This document shows positions 29,901-36,051 of a stretch of DNA of 36,051 nt, in pieces. The notes under the pieces are model-generated. The model did no database searches, was not told where the DNA came from, and was given only the letters and a program-made list of their open reading frames with translations. The stretch is taken from positions 1 to 36,051 of the forward strand of contig JWZX01003067.1 in assembly GCA_001275005.1 (NCBI GenBank), given 5' to 3'. How positions within the stretch are numbered: position 1 is the first letter of the stretch; the number at the start of each line of letters is the position of its first letter. A program made the position numbers and the translations under genes. The stretch comes from Chrysochromulina tobinii. Lineage: Eukaryota.

Positions 29901-32417
29901 GATGGAGCCGTCAGCGCCGCCGAGGGGCCCGGGGGCTCCGCTGCCGTCCTCGACCTCTTTTCGGACATGCTCTCAAAGCTCGGCTGGAACCAGCCGCAGG
30001 AGGGCAAGCACGATGAGTCGGCCAGTCTGCTGCTCCGGCAGCTTGCCAACAAGCCCGGCGGCGCGCTCCCGGCCAACGAGCCGCAGCGCCAGCCGTTGGC
30101 GAGCTTCTTCGACTTTATGTTCAGGCCGCCTCCGCGGCGCGAGGAGGAAGAGGCCGCGGTGCGCTCTGCGCCGCCAAAGGAGGGCGCCCCTTCGGGTATG
30201 GGCGCCCCTTCGGGTATGGGCGCCCCTTCGGGGCATCCCCACCCGGGCGTCGACATGTCCGTCGGCGGCCTGCCGGTGCTCGCGCCGCCGCCGCCGGTCA
30301 AGTCGCCGAAGAACGACTCGTCGCGCTCGGGCTTGCACGCGGCCGACGGGCGTCGAGATGGGCGTGGCTGTGCCCTCACGGAGGCGCTGAGTGAGGCCTC
30401 CCTACGAGAGGGTGCGCTGCGCCCCCGCTCGCCCGAGGACGATGACGCCGGGGGCTCGAGCGCCTCGGGGCTCTCGGCATCGATGCCCGTCGGCTGGCGG
30501 CGCTTCTCGTCCCTCGACGGCCGCCCGTACTTTTTCAACCCGAACACGAACGGGACGCAATGGGAGCCACCGATCTTACGGTACGAGATGACGGACGAGG
30601 AGGGGCTGCCGTGCTACTATTTTTACGATCCGCTCACCCGCCGCACCTCGTGGATCGAGCCCGAGAACATCCCCGGCTGGCAGCTGCCGGAGAGGCAGCA
30701 GCGCCAACTGCGCGGCGCCGCGCGCGTCGGCGCCTCCATCGCGGCTGGTCTCGGCACGCAGCCGGCGGGCCACTTGGCGCCCACGGCAGCGATGACGGCT
30801 GGTGGCGCATGGCCGCGCGGCGAGTCGGACGAGGCGGACTATGAGGACGTGGACTTGCTCTCGCCCGGCGACGCGGCGGACGAGGTGCACAAGATGGCGC
30901 CCGACTCGGACCACGCGGGCTACCCTTTCTCGGACCCGACTTACGAGGAGACCTCCGACTTTTTCCTCTCGCCGCAGCCAACATCGTCCCATGGCGCGTC
31001 GCCGCCGGTGGCGATCGCGCCGCAGCCGATCCGCGCAGCCCAGCTGCAGCTGCCGCGCGCCGCCTTTGCCCCCGCCGCCGAGGCTTTCTACTCGGAGGAC
31101 GAGGATGAGCTCAAGGGCGTCACCATCAAGGACCTCGGCACGGGGCGCACCATCACGATCCAAGATTTGGAGCGCGAGTATCCTCCTCTCAAGAGCAGCC
31201 CGCATTCGGCGGGCGCGCTCGCCGCTGACACGGGCGCCGGTGTGGCCTTGCCGAAGCTGAGCGCGCGTGAGAAGATGGCGAGGGTCGCTCAGCAGCACGA
31301 GATCGGCGAGATGGCGCGGCAGCATCGCCAGCCCCAGCCCCAGCAGCGGCAGCAGCATGGGCAGCAGCAGCAGCATGGGCAGCAGCTCCAGCGCCAACGG
31401 GAGCAGCCGCAGGCTGCACGGTCTCCGCCCAACACGGCGCGCTCGACCGGATCTGCCCGCGCGAGCGACCAGCATCGCTGGATCGAGCGCGCGGAGCAGA
31501 CGGAGCTGGACGGCTATCCAGACGACGCCGAGGCGGAGGCGTACAACAATCGCAAGCTGCCGCAGCATTACAAGGCGCTCGCCATCAAGGACCTGGACAC
31601 GGGGCGCACGATCGCCTTTGAGCATGCAGATATGCTCCGGCAACCGTTGCTCGTGCGCGACCTTGATGCCAACATCCTGCTCCCCTTGGCCCCGGACGAG
31701 GGGCGCAGCGCCATCGCGGAGGAGATGCTCAACCCTCCGCCCGCCCAGATGAAGTTCATGTCCTGCTCGCTGGAGCGCACGACGCTGCCGCCGCCCCTCT
31801 CGCTCCCCGAGTACCGGCTGTTCAAGGTGAGTCGCAAGCGCAAGGTCGAGATGTTCTCCGCGTGCCGCCGGCAGGAGGACACTGGCATCACCCACTTTGA
31901 CGTGCGCTGGATGGACGGGGTGCTCTCGTTCACCGGCCGGCTGCAGCTGCTCCCCCCGAGCGCCGGCTCGCACCTGCACGAGCTCGCCATGTACGATGAC
32001 TACATCAACTACTATGGCTTCCCGCGCGAGCTCGGCTTCATCCGGACCAAGCAGCTGCTCAACTTGGGCGAGACGGGCGCGCTGATTGAGCTCATCATCC
32101 CACGCGTCTCGCCCGATGGCGCCGCCGCCCAGTTCCGCGTGAACGCGGTCCCGGGCCAGTCGATGCTCACGATGTACAAGCAGCGGCGCGCGCGGGAGCA
32201 CATGTTCGTTCTGCGCGGCCGCCTCTCGATCCTTGACTCCCGAGCGCTCGTCGAGCTGCGCCATCGCGATGAGAAGGGGCGCCTCAATGTCGTCCTCCAG
32301 GCGAAGCGAATGCGCTCGAGCAAAGGCGAGGCGCAGCCATGGCGTGTGGGCTTCGCCCATCCGCTCTCGGCCTTCCAAACCTTTTGCGTGCTGCTCGCGC
32401 TCCACACGGACCATTGA
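26934..32417 (+). CDS. Unconventional myosin heavy chain: motor, IQ motifs, two WW(-like) domains, C-terminal Tubby-like domain
   Basis: IYTFVGSVLLAVNPY, P-loop GESGAGKT, switch I NSNSSRFGK, YLLEKSRV, switch II LDIFGFE, FEQLCINFANEKL, HFVHCVKPN. IQ-like AQKYLRMWLALRRF, IQHAVRSHRVR, LQKHLRGWVAMRQY, IQAAYR. WW MPVGWRRFSSLDGRPYFFNPNTNGTQWEPP. Ends WRVGFAHPLSAFQTFCVLLA. Confidence 0.93.
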   Translation: MSSPQPQDGSPPSPPGSRSPHLRGRRDKGKPATDVASSRDAAAGVSDVTQLLTLTEESVMQNTMVRFSRDEIYTFVGSVLLAVNPYKVIPALYGEAAMEAFQHVSMLEAPPHIYALMEGAYRKAVNGGGNQCLIISGESGAGKTESTKHALSYLVWRMRFATSVGATGASSSSSSPDSSDGTSASGARLTTSILQANPLMEAFGNACTSRNSNSSRFGKCVRLTLDAERGYLLGGQVETYLLEKSRVTSGMADHFASGERNFHAFYQLVAGVAEAQAAGPKAAGGGGGGLLGFLRLVASEQDELSPHALVGFESLGLTGSPRDYRLLGQFGGAADAHHIAAAKARGLDDAAAFRKTCAALCDLGCSRDEIRSLFSLLAALLHLGNGEFEDDATGIARPAPGLGAAALAAASRALRCPQLADLLLHRSLKVGGEMMRIDLRAEQADNLLRGILKSLYTLGFGWILRRVNSVLRAGGAEPTAPSRDSAGVVVLDVLDIFGFENFASNSFEQLCINFANEKLHQLFLKTMFKAEEAVVARERLTLPPIEYCDNQRCLAMLEDAPRGIFHVLDTCCRVHASAASFCLQVHAWHAECEFLVLSMNGTNEDRTFTVRHFAGDVCYHVEEFSSKNTETMESQTRQVLDAEGLALLRPIFDDEGDAAAPAPSADEPIGGSGQSRDANGHGANGGGGGGLSFGTAAAAVAASTGLRRATSTAGVERGEAGRMASSTGKRFLRDMGRLMASLLASSSHFVHCVKPNGMEQPELLSYEMVAEQLTSLGTLETVQLMGLGYPVRIKYEQLRRRYLPRLANIPGAVLLSPKLFVEMILEVCDTPPGDYKLGVTRLFLRHRAAQVLESLEPLDVSVLEPLVRSKVDAFWQAASRIRDALLTYYHQKRFRAFWKCVRIAQKYLRMWLALRRFKRMVSSAGTIQHAVRSHRVRLACQARRARRGAAIRLQKHLRGWVAMRQYLRVLDAASTIQAAYRLKHPPPQADGAVSAAEGPGGSAAVLDLFSDMLSKLGWNQPQEGKHDESASLLLRQLANKPGGALPANEPQRQPLASFFDFMFRPPPRREEEEAAVRSAPPKEGAPSGMGAPSGMGAPSGHPHPGVDMSVGGLPVLAPPPPVKSPKNDSSRSGLHAADGRRDGRGCALTEALSEASLREGALRPRSPEDDDAGGSSASGLSASMPVGWRRFSSLDGRPYFFNPNTNGTQWEPPILRYEMTDEEGLPCYYFYDPLTRRTSWIEPENIPGWQLPERQQRQLRGAARVGASIAAGLGTQPAGHLAPTAAMTAGGAWPRGESDEADYEDVDLLSPGDAADEVHKMAPDSDHAGYPFSDPTYEETSDFFLSPQPTSSHGASPPVAIAPQPIRAAQLQLPRAAFAPAAEAFYSEDEDELKGVTIKDLGTGRTITIQDLEREYPPLKSSPHSAGALAADTGAGVALPKLSAREKMARVAQQHEIGEMARQHRQPQPQQRQQHGQQQQHGQQLQRQREQPQAARSPPNTARSTGSARASDQHRWIERAEQTELDGYPDDAEAEAYNNRKLPQHYKALAIKDLDTGRTIAFEHADMLRQPLLVRDLDANILLPLAPDEGRSAIAEEMLNPPPAQMKFMSCSLERTTLPPPLSLPEYRLFKVSRKRKVEMFSACRRQEDTGITHFDVRWMDGVLSFTGRLQLLPPSAGSHLHELAMYDDYINYYGFPRELGFIRTKQLLNLGETGALIELIIPRVSPDGAAAQFRVNAVPGQSMLTMYKQRRAREHMFVLRGRLSILDSRALVELRHRDEKGRLNVVLQAKRMRSSKGEAQPWRVGFAHPLSAFQTFCVLLALHTDH

Positions 32418-32969
32418 GGCATGAGGGTGCCTTGCGAGCTACCAGGGGGCTGCCTGGCGCGGGCCGACAAACATTGCCCTTGGGGCAGACTGAGGAATGA
32501 TGATGTGGTGGCGGCTGGAAGAGATTCTTGCACAGACGAGAGATGCGGCATGCGACTCTGGCATAAGTAAGTACACGCACATACAAGTACAGGGTGACAC
32601 TGATTACTGTCGTGTCATCAGTGGAGCGCGTGAGAACGGTCTCGAGTGAGCGGAGGTGAGTCGTGAGCGATCCCCGCGTTAGGCCTCTATGTTAGCCGGT
32701 GGGCGGTGCGACCGACCTTTCTTGGGCCCACGCTTTGTTAGGCATGGAGAAATGTGGGCCTTGTACGTACGTATACCTTGTTTGCGGCCCAATACCAGTA
32801 GTGTACCGGGTGGAGTGTAATGTCTCATCAGTGTGCACGGCTTTTAGTTAACTTTGATTTCCTTGCGTCCCTCGCTGCGCACTGCGCGACAATGGCGCTC
32901 CGTCAAAAGGCGGCGCCGTCGAAGAATCTCGAGAATTGAGATTTCCCGCATTCAACAGAGCGCTTTTCA

Positions 32970-35312
32970 ATGGCGCCTTCGTACTGTTGGCGCCTGTTGG
33001 CGCTCTACCTACTGACGGTCGAAGCTGCTTCGTTCGGGTTCTCGCTCGCGCCCCAGCGGCCCCCGTCGACGACCCAGCGTGTGCCGCAGCTTCTCGCCAT
33101 CTGCGAGTCCCCTGATGGGTCGCAGGCGTACGCGCGCCTCAAGCCGTTTGAAATTCAAATTCCAAACATCAGCGAGGAGCTGCTGCGCAAGGCGAAGATG
33201 GCCGCGTTCTCAGGCCAGATCACGATGAAATCATTGACCCACGCGATCGCGGCGGCCTCAGCTCTGCAGCCGTCTGCCAGCGACGGCGTCGAAAAGGCAG
33301 AGGAAACGCCAGCAGGCGATGCCAAGGCGGAGAGCGACGTGCGCGGCCAGGTGCGGGTCCGCGCGCGGCCCATCGTCGCGCAGGCGGCGACGCTCGCGCC
33401 GGACCATCCCGCCGCTGCGGCGGCCACCGCGGCCGCAGGCTTGCTCCCCGATTGGGAGGCCTGCTTGCAGGCAGCGACAGAGCACGAGTGCATGCTGCGC
33501 CTCGAGCCCCCACAGCGCCTTGACGAGGCCTCGGCCGTCCGGCGGCGCCCTGCCGTGCTCGATGACAAGCCGCGGCCTGCCCAGCTCGAGGGCAAGGTGA
33601 CCCCTGCGGCCCTCGATGAGAAGGCTCGGCCTGCCGCGCGCGAATCTGGCGAGACTCGAGCCGCGCCCAGTATGGCGCCCAAGGACATGCAGCTGCCCAA
33701 GATTCTGATCTTCGGGGTGGGCGGCGGCGGCGGCAACACGGTCGCGCGCATCCCGTCGGCGCTCTCCTCGATGCTGTCTGGGATGGGTGAGGCGGCCGAC
33801 AGCGCGACGAGTGCGACGCTCGAGATGTGCCTGCTCAACACCGACGTCCAGGCCCTGACGATATCGGCAGCTGCAGCGACGAGGGCGAGCGCGGACGCTG
33901 CCGCGGCCTCCAACTCTCGCAACCCGCGCTCGGAGGGCGCCGCGGATGCGGTGGTCATCTCTTCGGTGCAGCTGGGCGCCTCCTCGCTGCGTGGGCTCGG
34001 GGCCGGGGGAGTGCCCGAGCGCGCGCGGCGTGCGGCGGAGGAGGAGGCAGACGCTATTCGAAGCCGACTAATAGGCGCGGACCTCGTCTTTCTGACCGCG
34101 GGCATGGGCGGGGGAACCGGCTCAGGCGCGGCGCCCGTCGTCGCGCGTCTCGCGAGAGAGAGCGGGGCGCTCGTCGTCGCCGTCGTCTCGACGCCATTCG
34201 GCTTCGAGGGAGGCACTCGGCACGACACTGCGCAGGCGGCCATCGAGGAGCTCGGCAAGCATGTGGATGTGCTCGTGGTGGTGCACAATGAGAAGCTGAT
34301 CCAGATCTTGCCCGACGGGCTCCCGCTGAGGGACGCCCTGCATGCTGCGGACGAGGTGGCCGCCCAGGCGATCGTCAGTGTCGCCGCGATGCTCGCGGCG
34401 TCGCAAACGATCAATGTCGACTTTGCAGATCTCGAGGCGATCATGCGAGGCGCGGGGCGCGGCCTCATCACCATCGGGCGTGCCGCGGGCGCGGGCGCGG
34501 CGCAGGCGGCGGTGCAGGCAGCGCTCTCGTCACCGCTGCTCGACGTGAAGCTCGAGCAATGCAGCGGCCTCATCTACTCCATCACTGGGGGTGCGTCGCT
34601 AACGCTCCATCAGGTCCGCTGATGACCGCTGATGACCGCTGATGACCGCTGATGACCGCTGATGACCGCTGATGACCGCTGATGACCGCTGATGACCGCT
34701 GATGAGCGTGCGTCGCTCACGCCCCATCAGGTTCGCGAGGTGGGCGAGGCACTGTCTCCCCTGCTAGTCGATGATGCGAACGTGATCTTCGGAACGTCGA
34801 TCGACCCTTCCCTGCCCGACGATGAGGTGATCGTGAGCCTCATCGCGACGGGCTTCGCGCCGCCGCAGCAGCAGCCACGGAGGAGTTCGCCGCCGCCTTC
34901 GGCGATGCCGTCCGAGATCGTCTCGTCGTCCTCCCCCGATGCGCCCTCCCCCGGTGCGACTCCATACGACCTGTTCGCGTACCACCCGCCGCAGCCCAAG
35001 CTGCTTGCCCGCGACGGCGCCTCGGTCGCGGAGGAGTCGCTCCGTCGGTACGATGAATACCTGTGCGAGCGCACGTATGGAGAGGGCGTGCGCGCCGAGC
35101 CGACGCCCACGACGGCGCCGGTCCCGGAGGCGCGATCGGGCGCCATCGTGGGCGCCCAGCCGAGAGGGGGGGCGGCTCCGACGCCCACGACGGCGCCAAC
35201 GGCCGAGGAGCAGCTGGAGGGGGCGCGCTGGTACGACAGCATCGTCGCGCGCAAGTTGAAAGCCGAGCGCGATGCTCACGAGGCCGCACACGACGGCAGG
35301 TGGGGCATCTGA
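32970..35312 (+). CDS. ftsZ: Nucleus-encoded plastid-division FtsZ; exons 32970-34613 and 34731-35312
   Basis: [49 protein letters not shown]7 loop [15 protein letters not shown]. Intron 34614-34730 joins [38 protein letters not shown]. The N-terminal signal peptide ends near VEAA-SF. Confidence 0.93.
34616..34705 (+). repeat. Perfect 10-bp tandem repeat (CCGCTGATGA)x9 inside the ftsZ intron
   Basis: Seen directly. Confidence 0.97.
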
Positions 35313-36051
35313 TGAGTATGAGCTGGACGGCGAGATCCGGGGAGGGGTTGGGGTGGGCGATGGGGATGAGCGACGCTGCCACGACGCCTGGAGCGATGTG
35401 GTCGAGCGGCTACGTCAAGCCTTGCCGCGGAGAAGATGGAACTTCTCTCGACAGGGCGCTGACCATCCCACATGCATCCGTGGCCATGGACAGAGACAAC
35501 AGAGTAGTACTACTGAGGTGCCCCAGATCACTACGCGATAGGCTATACGCGATACATTGCCGTGAACCCGATGATGAGAGGGGCCGGCCGATACATGGTG
35601 TACACATTGTTGTGCGAGGTGAGAGACGTGCGCATGCTGCGTGAGTAAGTCATGAGTCATGAGTGGCGACTGGCCGAGGGGGGGTGACTGTACATTTACA
35701 TGGGGCGCAATGGGGTGTGACCTGTGTGCGTCCTTGAGGCGGCATGACGCATGTCCGATGAGCGATGTCGACGGAAAGGAAGTGTATGGACTGTGGAGAT
35801 GGAGTTCAGTTGGAGAATCAGATGTCAGGTGATATGTTCATGCGTGCGGCATGTGGCATGCCCGGGGAGTACATGTAGTGTCTCGTGGTGGTCGATCAGT
35901 GACCTCGGCGTTCCCGAGAAGTTTTCTATGTTTTCTGCGGGCCTTCGCTTTCCGTCTTCCATTGAGAGGGTCGAAGCGCGTTGTATCGAGCCTCGACGTG
36001 CCTCCGGAACCTCGGAGGGTCCGGTTTTAAGGCACAATGCCGAGGGACCAC

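Noticed and set aside
30576..34573. Long minus-strand ORFs (612 aa at 30576-32414; 472 aa at 33155-34573)
   Set aside because: Antisense shadows of myosin and ftsZ in GC-rich DNA.
34616..34705. Telomeric or CRISPR-type repeat
   Set aside because: The 10-bp unit is not a telomere motif, has no spacers and lies wholly within an intron.
34692..35312. Independent 206-aa gene, or ftsZ truncated at 34622
   Set aside because: It is ftsZ exon 2; the stop at 34620-34622 lies inside the intron.
32970..35312. Bacterial origin or contamination suggested by ftsZ and the RelA/SpoT-like domain
   Set aside because: Both lie in intron-containing genes among clearly eukaryotic neighbours (myosin, PAQR, PNGase), and ftsZ has a targeting presequence.
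35313..36051. Short ORFs after ftsZ
   Set aside because: No motifs or coding bias; treated as UTR/intergenic sequence.

Overview
GC-rich eukaryotic nuclear DNA with GT-AG introns and dense genes. The GTGCGC donors, GTGGCACTCA/GATGACCGCT intronic repeats and signal-plus-transit presequences suggest a secondary-plastid alga, probably a haptophyte such as Chrysochromulina (inference). Genes in order: a 5'-truncated WD40 protein, a PAQR/HlyIII membrane protein, a 3-exon TPS-TPP fusion with degenerate catalytic motifs and a hydrophobic tail, an F-box-like/LRR protein, an atypical coiled-coil/CxxC ORF, a 2-exon NHL protein, a signal-peptide-bearing PNGase, a 7-exon NACHT-WD40 gene, mitochondrial OGDH E1, a myosin-IQ-WW-Tubby-like protein and a 2-exon plastid FtsZ. 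The standout is the NACHT-WD40 (NLR-like) gene at 18742-23284 (-). It has a candidate myristoylated N-terminus and a RelA/SpoT-like nucleotidyltransferase inserted inside the NACHT helical region. Its sensor is built from ~195-bp units, each a 129-nt WD40 exon plus a 65-67-nt phase-1 intron. These units are near-identical except at a few hypervariable codons, and one carries an extra WW-like insert. Domain calls are from motif recognition by eye; no searches were run.
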